From the NCBI GenBank assembly GCA_050288705.1, contig JBNKEI010000207.1:6701-70700 (forward strand): a stretch of DNA of 64,000 bases, given 5' to 3'. How positions within the stretch are numbered: the stretch's first letter is position 1; each line of letters starts with the position of its first letter. Below, piece by piece: positions 18,632 to 28,246 of this stretch. The notes under the pieces are model-generated. The model did no database searches, had not been told where the DNA came from, and was given only the letters and a program-made list of their open reading frames with translations. The position numbers and the translations under genes are program-made. This DNA comes from Myxococcales bacterium (GTDB taxonomy: Bacteria > Myxococcota > Myxococcia > Myxococcales > UBA5297).

Positions 18632-20689
18632 ATGGGCGTAGACTCTACTGGGTCCAATCCTCGGGGAAAGAAGACGGAGCGAAGCTCTACGCCTACTCCG
18701 GGAAACCGACCGAGGCTGGGGTCGCCGCTAATTTATCTCTTGGTTTTTATTCTGGGGTATTTTTTGTTGAGAGGTTTTTTTACCAACACCGGAGTGAATA
18801 AGGTTCCTTATAGTCAATTTCTAACTGCTTTGAAAAATGACCGATTTGAACGAGTAGTAATTGGCGATGACTGGGTAAAAGGGTTTTTGGCAGCCGGAGC
18901 AGACCAAAAGCCGCCAAAAGGGCAGAAAGGACAGCGGGAATTAGGTGAATCTCCTCGTTCTCGACAGCTTCCTTGGCTGGCGAACCGAGTGCCCGAAGAT
19001 CAGGAACTTTTTACAATTTTACAATCCAAAGGAATTGAATACGAGGCTAAACCTTCCTCGGGATTTTCGGACATTTTTTGGTTATGGGTAATTCCCATTG
19101 GAATCGGTCTTATATTGTGGAGCATAATTTTGCGAAGAATGAGCGGGCAAGTGGGTCAAGGACCTCCAGGAATAATGAGCTTTGGAAAATCTACCGCCCG
19201 AATTCATTCAGAATCGGATACCGGGGTTACTTTTAAAGATGTTGCGGGAATAGATGAGGCAGTAGAAGAAATACAAGAAATAGTCGAGTTCTTAAAAACA
19301 CCCGAAAAATTTCGCCGGTTGGGAGGACGGGTTCCCAAGGGTGTTTTATTAGTAGGCCCAACCGGAACTGGAAAAACGCTATTGGCACGAGCGGTCGCTG
19401 GTGAAGCAGGCGTTCCATTTTTTTCACTTACTGGTTCGGAGTTTGTGGAAATGTTCGTGGGAGTAGGAGCCGCACGAGTACGCGATTTGTTTCAACAAGC
19501 ACATCAAAAAGCACCCTGCATTGTTTTTATCGACGAGTTGGACGCTATTGGAAAAACCCGTAATGCTAATGTTTTGGGGGGGCATGATGAAAGAGAGCAA
19601 ACCCTAAATCAGTTACTGGCAGAAATGGACGGGTTCGACTCCAAAACCGGGTTAATTGTTGTAGCGGCGACCAACCGGCCGGAAATACTAGACCCTGCTC
19701 TTCTTCGTCCAGGCCGCTTTGATCGACAAGTTTTGGTAGATCGCCCTGATCGTAAAGGAAGAGAAAGTATTCTCTTTATTCACGTAAGAGCCATAAAGGT
19801 GGGGGCAGGGGTGAGCATTCCAACACTGGCTTCGCGAACGCCAGGTTTTGCAGGAGCTGATTTGGCGAACGTGTGCAATGAAGCAGCCTTGCTAGCAGCT
19901 AGGCGGGGTAGCGAAGCGGTGGAAATGCGTGATTTCGAAGAAGCGGTAGAGCGAGTAGTTGCGGGATTAGAAAAGAAAAGCCGGCGAATGAATGAGCACG
20001 AAAAACAAATTGTGGCATTTCACGAAAGTGGGCACGCGTTAGTGGGGTGGATGCTTCCATTTACCGAAAGAATTCAAAAAGTTTCGATCATACCCCGGGG
20101 AATGTCCGCATTAGGCTATACCCTGCAACTGCCTATCGAAGACCGTTATCTAATGAGCAATGAAGAATTGAGAGATAAAGTCGCGGCTCTGATGGGAGGA
20201 CGAGCGACCGAAGAATTATTTGTGGGTTCTATTTCCACGGGAGCGGCCAATGATTTAAAACTGGCCACTGATATTGCCAGAAGAATGGTTCGGGAATACG
20301 GCATGAGCGGTGCTCTAGGTCCAATGAGTTTGACTGATCAAAATCAAAGTGTCTTTCTCGGGCCAGGCGCAGCAGCAGGGCAAGAAAACCGCAATTGTAG
20401 CGAACAAACTGCAGAGGCAGTTGACGAAGAAATACGTGCCATTTTGCAAGAGGGGCTAGAACTGGCCCGAAGAATAGTTTCTGAAAATCGTAATCGACTA
20501 CAAAAACTGGCCGCTCGGCTTTTAGTTGTCGAAGTGATGGATGGCGACGAATTAATGAAAATCCTTGGCCCTAAGGTGCGATCTCCTTCCGCTTTAATGG
20601 CTCCTCACGCTGATGATGGCGCAGAGGTTCGTCCGGTTGAATCCTATAGCTCTGCTCGTTCGGGAACGGAGAAAGGAGTACGCGAATAG
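18632..20689 (+). CDS. ftsH: ATP-dependent zinc metalloprotease FtsH
   Basis: 685 aa. Two TM segments, AAA+ Walker A GPTGTGKT, Walker [12 protein letters not shown], and the zinc motif HESGHA. Confidence 0.95.
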   Translation: MGVDSTGSNPRGKKTERSSTPTPGNRPRLGSPLIYLLVFILGYFLLRGFFTNTGVNKVPYSQFLTALKNDRFERVVIGDDWVKGFLAAGADQKPPKGQKGQRELGESPRSRQLPWLANRVPEDQELFTILQSKGIEYEAKPSSGFSDIFWLWVIPIGIGLILWSIILRRMSGQVGQGPPGIMSFGKSTARIHSESDTGVTFKDVAGIDEAVEEIQEIVEFLKTPEKFRRLGGRVPKGVLLVGPTGTGKTLLARAVAGEAGVPFFSLTGSEFVEMFVGVGAARVRDLFQQAHQKAPCIVFIDELDAIGKTRNANVLGGHDEREQTLNQLLAEMDGFDSKTGLIVVAATNRPEILDPALLRPGRFDRQVLVDRPDRKGRESILFIHVRAIKVGAGVSIPTLASRTPGFAGADLANVCNEAALLAARRGSEAVEMRDFEEAVERVVAGLEKKSRRMNEHEKQIVAFHESGHALVGWMLPFTERIQKVSIIPRGMSALGYTLQLPIEDRYLMSNEELRDKVAALMGGRATEELFVGSISTGAANDLKLATDIARRMVREYGMSGALGPMSLTDQNQSVFLGPGAAAGQENRNCSEQTAEAVDEEIRAILQEGLELARRIVSENRNRLQKLAARLLVVEVMDGDELMKILGPKVRSPSALMAPHADDGAEVRPVESYSSARSGTEKGVRE

Positions 20690-20726
20690 TAACCGATTTG
20701 GGAAACAGAGAGGAAGGCGATGAAGG

Positions 20727-21017
20727 GTGGACACAGCAAACGACTCTTCAAAAATGGGAAAAAGCCATCGCGAAAAAATTCATCTATTTCAAGCAGGATT
20801 GCGGCGTGGCTTCGTGACTTCTCAAGAAGTAGACGCAGTTCTTCCCGAAGACCAAGCTAACGATGCCGAGCGATGGTTGCTTTACTATTCTTTGCAAGCC
20901 GCAGAGATTGAAATTCGAAATCAAAAGGACACTGCTGATTCCTCGTCGCCAACCGAACAATCGAAAACGACAGAAGAATCTGGTCAAAATTCTCCTCCGA
21001 GCGATGAAATTAGGTAA
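20727..21017 (+). CDS. small acidic protein resembling RNA polymerase sigma-70 region 1.1
   Basis: 96 aa, GTG start with AGGAAGG upstream. IHLFQAGLRRGFVTSQEVDAVLPEDQANDAERWLLYYSLQAAEIEI parallels E. coli RpoD LKLLVTRGKEQGYLTYAEVNDHLPEDIVDSDQIEDIIQMINDMGIQV. It is followed by an acidic, Ser/Thr-rich tail, with no regions 2-4. Confidence 0.5.
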   Translation: MDTANDSSKMGKSHREKIHLFQAGLRRGFVTSQEVDAVLPEDQANDAERWLLYYSLQAAEIEIRNQKDTADSSSPTEQSKTTEESGQNSPPSDEIR

Positions 21018-21025
21018 TAACGAAA

Positions 21026-21053
21026 TTGACAGCGTTGGCGGGGTGATTATCTT
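21026..21053 (+). promoter_or_regulatory. candidate sigma70-type promoter upstream of grpE
   Basis: TTGACA (21026-21031), a 16 nt spacer, then TATCTT (21048-21053), about 80 nt before the grpE GTG. Confidence 0.35.
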
Positions 21054-21131
21054 CGGCGCTAAAGAGCGGCTGGTTTATGTTTTACACCGGATATTGTAAG
21101 TTCTTATGTCCTTCGAAAGGAGCTGCAGGAA

Positions 21132-21803
21132 GTGAGCGAGCAAAAAGAAACTGACGTGCCGAAGGTCGTGCCTAAGAAAGACGCCGAGCTCCAGCAACAG
21201 CCAGAAGAAACTAGCCAAGAAAACGCGAATGGGCGTACCGAGGTGGTCGAGACATCCCATCAGTTGCAGGAAGAGCTTGCCCAGGTTCGCGAAGAGCTAG
21301 CCCAAGCGCATAAAGAGCTAGAGGCAAAATCGAAACGTATTGATGAGCTGGCGCGCGCCTACAGCGGATTAGTGAACGACCAAAAAGATTTTCGCAATCG
21401 GTTAGAACGTGAAAAAGAGAGAGTTCTAGAGAACGAAAGGGGGAAAATCTCACTTCACTTGTTGCAGGTGGGCGACGAAATGGATCGTGCCCTGTGCTCT
21501 TTAGGAGATTGCTCTGAGAATCCATTGGTTCAAGGAGTCAGGATGATTCACGATGGATTGCTCAAAACACTGAGCTCTTTAGGAATAGAAAAATTATCGC
21601 TGGTAGGTAAGCCTTTTGACCCATCATTGGCGGAAGCCATTGATTTGGTTGCCGTAGAAGATCAAGCACTGGATTCTCAAGTCACCGACGAAGTGACTGC
21701 AGGGTATCGATTGGGAGAGCGTTTACTCCGACCAGCTAAAGTGCGCGTTGGTCGTTATGTAGCCCCCCAAGCGCAAAATCAGGCAGCACCTCAAGGCAGC
21801 TAA
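21132..21803 (+). CDS. grpE: nucleotide exchange factor GrpE
   Basis: 223 aa. Acidic N-terminus, coiled coil, then the GrpE core (DFRNRLEREKE..., PFDPSLAEAI..., GYRLGERLLRPAKVRV). Confidence 0.9.
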   Translation: MSEQKETDVPKVVPKKDAELQQQPEETSQENANGRTEVVETSHQLQEELAQVREELAQAHKELEAKSKRIDELARAYSGLVNDQKDFRNRLEREKERVLENERGKISLHLLQVGDEMDRALCSLGDCSENPLVQGVRMIHDGLLKTLSSLGIEKLSLVGKPFDPSLAEAIDLVAVEDQALDSQVTDEVTAGYRLGERLLRPAKVRVGRYVAPQAQNQAAPQGS

Positions 21804-21904
21804 TCTCCTTAAAATTTACCATTTAATGGAGATTAAGTGGAATATTCGAGTAAGAACGCGGTTTTCTTTCAGTGCTCTTTTTCTTTATTGGGAGAGAAAT
21901 ACGA

Positions 21905-23407
21905 ATGACTATTCGCCGAAATATGTCTCGATATTCGAATACTATCCTTTGGTTAGTCTCTTTGGCAGCTTTTGGTTGCAATCTTCAGCGAACTGTTGAT
22001 AGCAGTTTGCTGATTAGCTCCGCCGACGCGGCTACTAGTTCAAAGGATCTATGGAAAGAACACGGCCCTAAAGACCCTCTGCCTGAAGGTGTTCATCCGG
22101 TTCCTTCTCTGGCTCCTTTAATAAAGGTTCTAAGACCAGGAGTGGTGAATGTTTACACCACTTCTGTAATTAAACAGCGACGTATATCGCGCAGATTTCA
22201 AGATCCTCTTGAGGAATTCTGGCGGCGATTTGGAGGAGAAGCTCCCGAGGCTCGCCGTCAAAGTCTTGGTTCTGGTTTTATCGTTAATGAACACGGTTAC
22301 GTTATAACCAATAATCACGTAGTAGAAAACGCTACCGAGATTCGCGTAAAGCTTGCTGATGGCCGAGAATTTGAGGCAGAAATCACGGGAAAAGACCCTC
22401 AAACCGATGTAGCGCTGTTGAAGCTCAAAAGCGGTAATAAATCCGAATTGAAAAATTTACCAATTACTTATTTGGGCGATTCGGACGCGCTGGAAGTAGG
22501 TGATTATGTAATTGCAGTAGGTAATCCCTTTGGACTCGATCACTCGGTGAGTCAGGGTATTGTCTCAGCCAAAGAGCGTTTTATAAATGCGACCCAATAC
22601 GATAATTTTATTCAGACAGATGCGGCAATTAATCCGGGAAACTCTGGAGGACCACTGTTTAATAGTCGCGGTGAAGTAGTGGGAGTTAACACTGCAATCT
22701 TGGGTCAGGGTATTGGTTTTGCAGTCCCCATTAATATGGTTAAAACATTGTTGCCCCAATTACTTAACAATGGAAAAGTTGTTCGTGGATGGTTAGGGGT
22801 GAGTATCCAAGATGTCACTGCAGAAATGTTGCGTGCATTGAAGTTAAGCAATGTTAGTGGAGCCTTGGTCGCAGGAGTAGTAGATAAGAGTCCGGCGGAT
22901 ATGTCAGGTATTCGGGCTGGCGACGTAGTGGTGGGTATTAATGGAAAAAAGATTAAAACCTACCAGCAGCTTTCCCGAGAAATAGCTTTTGTAGCCCCGG
23001 GATCGAAAATTAGATTAGAGTTGTTGCGCGACGGTAAGAGCAAGGTCATTCAGGTTACTATTGGCCAGAGACCCGACGAAGAGGAAACAGTAGCGGTTTC
23101 GGAAACCCCTAGTCAGCGGCGTTCGGCTGATAGACTAGGAATTGTGACCCAACCGTTAAGTAAAAGACTGCGTGCACAACTAGGAATAACTCATGGGATA
23201 CAAATTGCCCATGTCGACCCTAGTAGCCCAGCGGCGAGAACTGGAGCTCGCCCAGGAGACATAATTGTAGAAGTACAACGGCAGCCTGTTTCCTCGGTCA
23301 GTGATTACAAGCGAATAATTCGCTCTTTAGGAAAAGGAGAAGTAGCCCTTCTGCGATTGCAGCGAGAAAGCAATGTCTCTCTGTACGTTGCAATCCGAGT
23401 TCCTTAA
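21905..23407 (+). CDS. periplasmic serine endoprotease DegP/HtrA family with two PDZ domains
   Basis: Signal peptide, trypsin-like core with TNNHV, D(VALLK) and GNSGGPL, followed by two PDZ-like segments. The ATG at 21905 has GGAGAG 7 nt upstream; the ORF opens at GTG 21872. Confidence 0.9.
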   Translation: MTIRRNMSRYSNTILWLVSLAAFGCNLQRTVDSSLLISSADAATSSKDLWKEHGPKDPLPEGVHPVPSLAPLIKVLRPGVVNVYTTSVIKQRRISRRFQDPLEEFWRRFGGEAPEARRQSLGSGFIVNEHGYVITNNHVVENATEIRVKLADGREFEAEITGKDPQTDVALLKLKSGNKSELKNLPITYLGDSDALEVGDYVIAVGNPFGLDHSVSQGIVSAKERFINATQYDNFIQTDAAINPGNSGGPLFNSRGEVVGVNTAILGQGIGFAVPINMVKTLLPQLLNNGKVVRGWLGVSIQDVTAEMLRALKLSNVSGALVAGVVDKSPADMSGIRAGDVVVGINGKKIKTYQQLSREIAFVAPGSKIRLELLRDGKSKVIQVTIGQRPDEEETVAVSETPSQRRSADRLGIVTQPLSKRLRAQLGITHGIQIAHVDPSSPAARTGARPGDIIVEVQRQPVSSVSDYKRIIRSLGKGEVALLRLQRESNVSLYVAIRVP

Positions 23408-23480
23408 ATTGAATATAAAAACTCGCTCCGCTTTTTCGAAAGGCATTCCCGGATAGGCGGAGCAGGTTACACATATAAAC

Positions 23481-24206
23481 TCACTTAGTGGGTTTAATAG
23501 CGCGAGAAATATGTCGAAATGCAGTAAGTAGTAATTCTGCTTCGCGTTGGGTTGGACGTGCTCGCTCGATTAATCGCTTGATTTCCGAAAGCACCGTATC
23601 CGGATTCTGAGTATTGAGAAAATCAACTTCCAATAATACCTGGCGGATGAAATCAAAGAGCGTGTGTTGAGTTCCTACGGGAGCCAAAGGTAATCGTGAT
23701 TCTTCTTTTTTTCCGGAAGACCATGATGCTAAGAAACACTGGTGTGCCGCAATCATTACTGCCTGTGCCAGGTTTATCGACTCTTTGGCAGGTGAAACCG
23801 GAATATTTACTACCAGCTGGCAAAAATCTAGCTCCGCGTCGGAAAGCCCTCGCTGTTCATTGCCAAAAACCATTACTACTTCGCCTCCAGAATCAGTCTC
23901 TTGGGAGGCATAGTCTATCCACTCGCTCAACCAAAGGGTTGGCCGTTTTTTTGGCTTTCGGGAAGTAGTACCGGCAACTAAAGTGCCGTGGGCAACTGCA
24001 TCTCTCAAGCTGGGAACAATTAGCACTGACTCGAGAAGGTCTTGGGCGTCCACTGCTAAAACTCGCGCGCGCTTAAAATTTTTAGTCTGCGGCTCGGAAA
24101 GAACTAGTCGGGACAGGCCGCTGTTTTTCATTGCCCTTAGTGCGCTTCCTAGGTTGTCAGGGTGGCGCACTTTATCAAGCACAAAAGTGATACGGGATAA
24201 ATCCAA
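23481..24206 (-). CDS. trmJ: SpoU/TrmH-family RNA 2'-O-methyltransferase (TrmJ-like)
   Basis: 241 aa. The N-terminus ITFVLDKVRHPDNLGSALRAMKNSGLSRLVL and FGNEQRGLS...NLAQAV are typical of TrmJ/SpoU MTases. Confidence 0.7.
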   Translation of the reverse strand: MDLSRITFVLDKVRHPDNLGSALRAMKNSGLSRLVLSEPQTKNFKRARVLAVDAQDLLESVLIVPSLRDAVAHGTLVAGTTSRKPKKRPTLWLSEWIDYASQETDSGGEVVMVFGNEQRGLSDAELDFCQLVVNIPVSPAKESINLAQAVMIAAHQCFLASWSSGKKEESRLPLAPVGTQHTLFDFIRQVLLEVDFLNTQNPDTVLSEIKRLIERARPTQREAELLLTAFRHISRAIKPTK

Positions 24207-24233
24207 GGAGCACCAGGTATACTTGTTCCGACG

Positions 24234-24881
24234 CTATGCGGCATTATGCAGGCGGCAGTCTGGTTTTGAAGAATAAGACGAGGAGGTTTCTATTTTGCCG
24301 ATCGGTAACACTTCGCGCCCTAACTGCTCTGCGAGCACCTCTGCCATGGCTAGATAAAAAGCACTTGCCCCGCATATAATTCCTTCCCATCCAGCTATAG
24401 TTCCCACCAAAGTTGACCCAGTGAAATCACGCACTGCTAGCAGAAAAAACAAGACTACCAGGGATAAGAACACGAACTGTAGTGCGCGGTTTGCTTTTAG
24501 AGTTCCAAAGAACATGAACAGAGTAAACACTCCCCATAGCAATAGATATAACCCCATGTATCCCTGAGGAGTGGGGTCCATGATTCCTACCCGTGGGCCC
24601 ACCAAAAGCGCCACTAACGTGAGCCAAAAAAAGCCGTATGAAGTAAAAGCAGTAGTACCAAAAGTGTTTCCTTTTTTGAACTCTAAAATGCCAGCGATTA
24701 TTTGGGCAATTCCACCGTAGAAAACCCCCATAGATAAGATCATGGCGCTGATGGGAAAAAAACCAGCGTTGTGGATATTAAGAAGAATGGTAGTCATACC
24801 AAATCCCATCAGTCCCAACGGAGCAGGATTGGCAGTCTTGTGAACATCACTGGCAGTGGCACTACAAGAAATCTTTTTCAT
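24234..24881 (-). CDS. satP: GPR1/FUN34/YaaH-family acetate/succinate uptake channel
   Basis: Signature [14 protein letters not shown] and six TM segments. The ATG at 24881 has AAGGA 7 nt upstream; the ORF opens further upstream at 24977. Confidence 0.85.
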   Translation of the reverse strand: MKKISCSATASDVHKTANPAPLGLMGFGMTTILLNIHNAGFFPISAMILSMGVFYGGIAQIIAGILEFKKGNTFGTTAFTSYGFFWLTLVALLVGPRVGIMDPTPQGYMGLYLLLWGVFTLFMFFGTLKANRALQFVFLSLVVLFFLLAVRDFTGSTLVGTIAGWEGIICGASAFYLAMAEVLAEQLGREVLPIGKIETSSSYSSKPDCRLHNAA

Positions 24882-25105
24882 TTGGTTTTCCTTCAGAGTC
24901 GAGCTTCTTAGGGTTTGGCGAGCGTTTTTTACGCTAATTGCCGCCCCTCGCATAGCACGAACTTGAAAGAGACCCAAGCACTATGCAAGCAGACCAATGC
25001 AAGTCCTTGTCAATTAAGCAGAAAAGAGCCTTAAGCTATACGCGCAAAAAAAAATGATTATTACTCTTGCCCTGGCGACCAGCTCAGGGTAATTTCCCCA
25101 CCACT

Positions 25106-25176
25106 TGGGGCATCGTCTAACGGCAGGACTGAGGACTTTGAATCCTCCTATCTAGGTTCGAATCCTAGTGCCCCAG
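25106..25176 (+). tRNA. tRNA-Gln (anticodon TTG)
   Basis: Cloverleaf read by eye: acceptor TGGGGCA/TGCCCCA, anticodon stem GAGGA/TCCTC with loop CTTTGAA, T-arm CTAGG-TTCGAAT-CCTAG. Confidence 0.9.
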
Positions 25177-25226
25177 AAAATCCAGAGGCTTTGTACTAAA
25201 CTAATATACGACATTAATTTTTGTGA

Positions 25227-26987
25227 CTAATTCTCAGGATTCAGTTCGACATCAAAGCGTATACTTTCTTTGTTGCCTAGGGTGAAATTTTCTTTCCACT
25301 TCATGCCCTGGAAGCGAACTAAGATGCGATGATTTCCTTCATAAACCGAAATTTCATTGCTTAGAGGCGCTTCGCCTACACGTTTCCCATCAATAAAAAC
25401 TGTCGCTCCCAGTGGAGCATTGACTAGTACTGTTCCCTTTCCAAGAGTGATTTTGGAATAGGTTTTTCCATAAGGGCGCACAGTAATTCTCCGTCTAGCT
25501 CGAATTCCTAACTTAGGATTTAGCAGAGTAATTAGGTGCGGCCCGGGTTCTAGGTATGCAGTAAGAGGAGCGACTCCCGCTTTTTTTCCATCGATCCAGA
25601 TATCCACTGCCGGAACAACTGAAAGAACCAATTGGGGTTCGTCGGGGGAGGGTTCATCAATAGACTCATCAGGTACATCAGATTCGGATTCACCAACGGT
25701 TTCTTCTGAAGAGGGAATAGGGGTATTGATTGGGGACTTAGGTGTATCCAAAGATGGTGCCGAAGGCACGGTCAAGGCGAAATTCGCTTTTGCTGGTGAA
25801 CGACGAGAGACTTCTTGTCGCCAGGCGAAGAAGCAAATTAAGAATGCGATTGTCAATACCACATTGGCGGCGACCGAAAAATGGAACCAACCTCGTGGAG
25901 ATTGAGGTTGTTTGGCAGGAGGAGGAACGGAACGTTGGGATGAGGTGGCTGCTGCTAGGTCGAGTCGGACCGATGGTTGCTTTGGCGGCGCGTTTACTTG
26001 CGGTTCGGCAACTCGGTATGTTGCCGGAGCGGCTAGAGAGTCGGGACGTGGTAAATCGCTAGCAAAATCGGCAAGTCCTTTTTCAATGACCTCCAGGCGC
26101 ATAGTTCGTACCGAGTCGCCAGAAAACAGTCCCTCTAGAAAGAAAGCTAATGCATCGGTAGAAGGAAGCGGATTAATGGCCTCTTCCAGGGCGTCGCCAA
26201 AAGCTACTGGAGTGGGAAAGCGGTCGGAGCTTTTTTTGGCGGTTGCTTTGAAAATGATTTGGCGCAGCTTTTGGGGAATAGCTTCGGAGTTAAGGAGAGA
26301 AAGGTCACTGTTTACCGCTGCATCTTCAGCTGGTGACTCTGACTGAAGAGCGGGCACTGCACCAGCAATGGCCTCATAAAGAGTAATTCCTAGTTGATAA
26401 ACATCAGTCTGTTCTGTAGCTGCTTTGCTTCCACCAAGAATTTGTTCCGGGGCATAGTACAGTCTTCTGGTAGCTTGGTCGGCCGTATCTTGGGACGCCA
26501 TGCAGGAGGCTCCATATCCAGAAACTTTGGTGATTCCTGCATAGCTTACAAACAGGGCTTCCGGGCGAAGCTCTCCATGCAAAAGCGGGGAGCCATCATC
26601 AGTGCCGGCTAGGTGCGCATAGTGAACTCCTCGAGCGGCATCAATAACAATGCGAGCTGCTAATCCCGGTGGCATCCGCTGTCTCTTGCTGGCATGAAAG
26701 ATTTTGCGGAGCGATTCGCCATTTACAAATTCGACTACCCGAAACAATCCCTCTTCCATTTCTGCCAGTCCAAACACTCGTACTATGTTGGGGTGCTCTA
26801 ACAATGAAGCTTGTTGGGTTTCAAATCGTAGTTGGGCTAGAAGAGATTGGTCAGAGTATATGTGTTCGGGAATTCTGATCAGTACTATTGGATGGACACG
26901 AGATGTTGCAATACGCAAACCAAGAAATGCTCGTGAGCTTTCTCCAGTCAGCAAGGGTCCAAGAGTTATGTATCTTGATTTTTCCAT
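25227..26987 (-). CDS. membrane-anchored Ser/Thr kinase-like protein (predicted pseudokinase) with two C-terminal PEGA domains
   Basis: 586 aa with a kinase fold (HPNIVRVF, VVEFVNGESL, YYAPE, DVYQLGITLYE). The catalytic positions are substituted: VAIK to VLIR, HRDLKPxN to HGELRPEA, DFG to GYG. Pro-rich linker, one TM, and two PEGA-like repeats (VDIWIDGKKAGVAPL; ATVFIDGKRVGEAPL). Confidence 0.8.
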   Translation of the reverse strand: MEKSRYITLGPLLTGESSRAFLGLRIATSRVHPIVLIRIPEHIYSDQSLLAQLRFETQQASLLEHPNIVRVFGLAEMEEGLFRVVEFVNGESLRKIFHASKRQRMPPGLAARIVIDAARGVHYAHLAGTDDGSPLLHGELRPEALFVSYAGITKVSGYGASCMASQDTADQATRRLYYAPEQILGGSKAATEQTDVYQLGITLYEAIAGAVPALQSESPAEDAAVNSDLSLLNSEAIPQKLRQIIFKATAKKSSDRFPTPVAFGDALEEAINPLPSTDALAFFLEGLFSGDSVRTMRLEVIEKGLADFASDLPRPDSLAAPATYRVAEPQVNAPPKQPSVRLDLAAATSSQRSVPPPAKQPQSPRGWFHFSVAANVVLTIAFLICFFAWRQEVSRRSPAKANFALTVPSAPSLDTPKSPINTPIPSSEETVGESESDVPDESIDEPSPDEPQLVLSVVPAVDIWIDGKKAGVAPLTAYLEPGPHLITLLNPKLGIRARRRITVRPYGKTYSKITLGKGTVLVNAPLGATVFIDGKRVGEAPLSNEISVYEGNHRILVRFQGMKWKENFTLGNKESIRFDVELNPEN

Positions 26988-27649
26988 GGCTTCGGTTTTC
27001 CCCAGCGGGCGATTTCCCAGCCGCGTTGCAAAGCAATTCTTTTTAGGCGTGGATCGGGGTGAACAGCCACTGGTCTTCCTACTGCTTCGAAAACCGGAAG
27101 ATCAGAAGCAGAATCACTGTAAAAAGTGCATTGCGAAAGCGACACTTGCACTTTTTGGGCATACTGTTGGGCTACTTCCAGCTTTCCTTTACCAAAACAC
27201 AGCGTTCCTAAGGGCTGCCCGGTATACCGTCCGGCATAATCGGTTTCGAACCGATTGCATAAGTAACCATCCATTTCCAACTGGGAGGTTATTGGTTCCG
27301 ATAAGTAGTTAGAAGAAGAAGTGAGCAATAACAATTGGTCCCCGGCGTCTCGATGTTTTTGCAAGACTTTCCATGCGCCAGGACGAATTAAATGGCGGAT
27401 TTTGCTTTCGTAAAAAGCCAGGGAGCGATTTCTAATATCCTCCTCAAGTTGGCCTTTTAAGCTGCCAATGCTTTTCAAAATTACTTCTTCGAGCTGGGAA
27501 AATCCTAGGTGATACCGAGTCAGCCAGATCCAAGCGACCAGAGCTTGTCGCCAGGGAATAAAGCCCTTTTTCATCTCCGAAGCAACCCACAAAGCTCCCG
27601 AGTTTTTGCAGAGTAGAGTTTTATCCAGGTCGAAAAACGCAATAGCCAT
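26966..27649 (-). CDS. HAD-IB family hydrolase (SerB-like phosphatase family)
   Basis: 227 aa. Motif I FFDLDKTLL and later YSDSASDLP. The 3' end overlaps the kinase-like gene start by 22 bp. Confidence 0.8.
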   Translation of the reverse strand: MAIAFFDLDKTLLCKNSGALWVASEMKKGFIPWRQALVAWIWLTRYHLGFSQLEEVILKSIGSLKGQLEEDIRNRSLAFYESKIRHLIRPGAWKVLQKHRDAGDQLLLLTSSSNYLSEPITSQLEMDGYLCNRFETDYAGRYTGQPLGTLCFGKGKLEVAQQYAQKVQVSLSQCTFYSDSASDLPVFEAVGRPVAVHPDPRLKRIALQRGWEIARWGKPKPWKNQDT

Positions 27650-27730
27650 ACAAGATCTCGGACCCTTGTTATACTAAATGTGCCAATACTAAGTCACAGG
27701 ATACCAAACTTCTCGCAGACGTATGACTAA

Positions 27731-27782
27731 AGAAAAGAAGGAGAGCCCCTAGAATAAGCAACTGCAAGCTATAGGAGCTCTC
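27731..27782 (-). terminator. probable terminator downstream of tRNA-Gly
   Basis: On the minus strand, GAGAGCTCC...GGGGCTCTC forms a stem (GAGAGC/GCTCTC plus 2 further pairs), followed by CTTCTTTTCTTT. Confidence 0.4.
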
Positions 27783-27791
27783 ACTTTGTTG

Positions 27792-27864
27792 AGCGGGAAA
27801 CGGGATTCGAACCCGCGACCCTCAGCTTGGGAAGCTAATGCTCTACCAACTGAGCTATTCCCGC
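27792..27864 (-). tRNA. tRNA-Gly (anticodon CCC)
   Basis: The reverse complement reads GCGGGAATAGCTCAGTTGGTAGAGCATTAGCTTCCCAAGCTGAGGGTCGCGGGTTCGAATCCCGTTTCCCGCT. Anticodon loop is TTCCCAA. Confidence 0.9.
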
Positions 27865-28188
27865 AAAGAACAAGAGGATTTTAGCCGCCGCATTTTTTAA
27901 GTCAAGTCTTTGGTTTTCAGCGGATGAATGCCACCTTCAAGGAACCGTCTTCTTGTCGTCCGATCGGTTGAACTGCGCTCATGAAATCAGACGCAAAAAA
28001 GTAGTTAGAAGGTATAGGGGTAATGGAGCGGGAAATCGTTATCAAGCAAACCAGTTTGTAATAGAAAATTGCGATTTCGCAATTGCTTTCGAAATTTTTC
28101 TGCACATCATGCAAACTGGGGAGAAGCTAACGCATTGTGCGTTGTATTGTTTACTGTAATGTGTCTTTTTAAATAATCATTTATTACT

Positions 28189-28220
28189 GCTGTCAGCCAG
28201 AAAACAGCCAGACTGACAGC
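28189..28220 (-). terminator. hairpin just downstream of the zinc-ribbon gene
   Basis: GCTGTCAG (28189-28196) pairs with CTGACAGC (28213-28220). On the minus strand an A/T-rich tract follows. Lies 27 nt after the stop of the 28247-28636 gene. Confidence 0.35.
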
Positions 28221-28246
28221 GCGCTAGCAAAGACGGAGAAATGAGG

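Noticed and set aside
26704-27312. Long ORFs antisense to well-supported genes. Examples are 26704-27312 (+, 202 aa), 29159-29626 (+, 155 aa), 51540-51992 (+, 150 aa), 59034-59615 (-, 193 aa), 25912-26346 (+, 144 aa) and 11027-11533 (-, 168 aa).
   Set aside because: Each lies opposite a gene with clear family motifs. Their translations are Arg/Ser/Pro-rich and low in complexity, with no Shine-Dalgarno and no recognisable domain. This is typical shadow-ORF behaviour.

11027-11533 would additionally overlap both the LtaS-family gene end and the trpE start.
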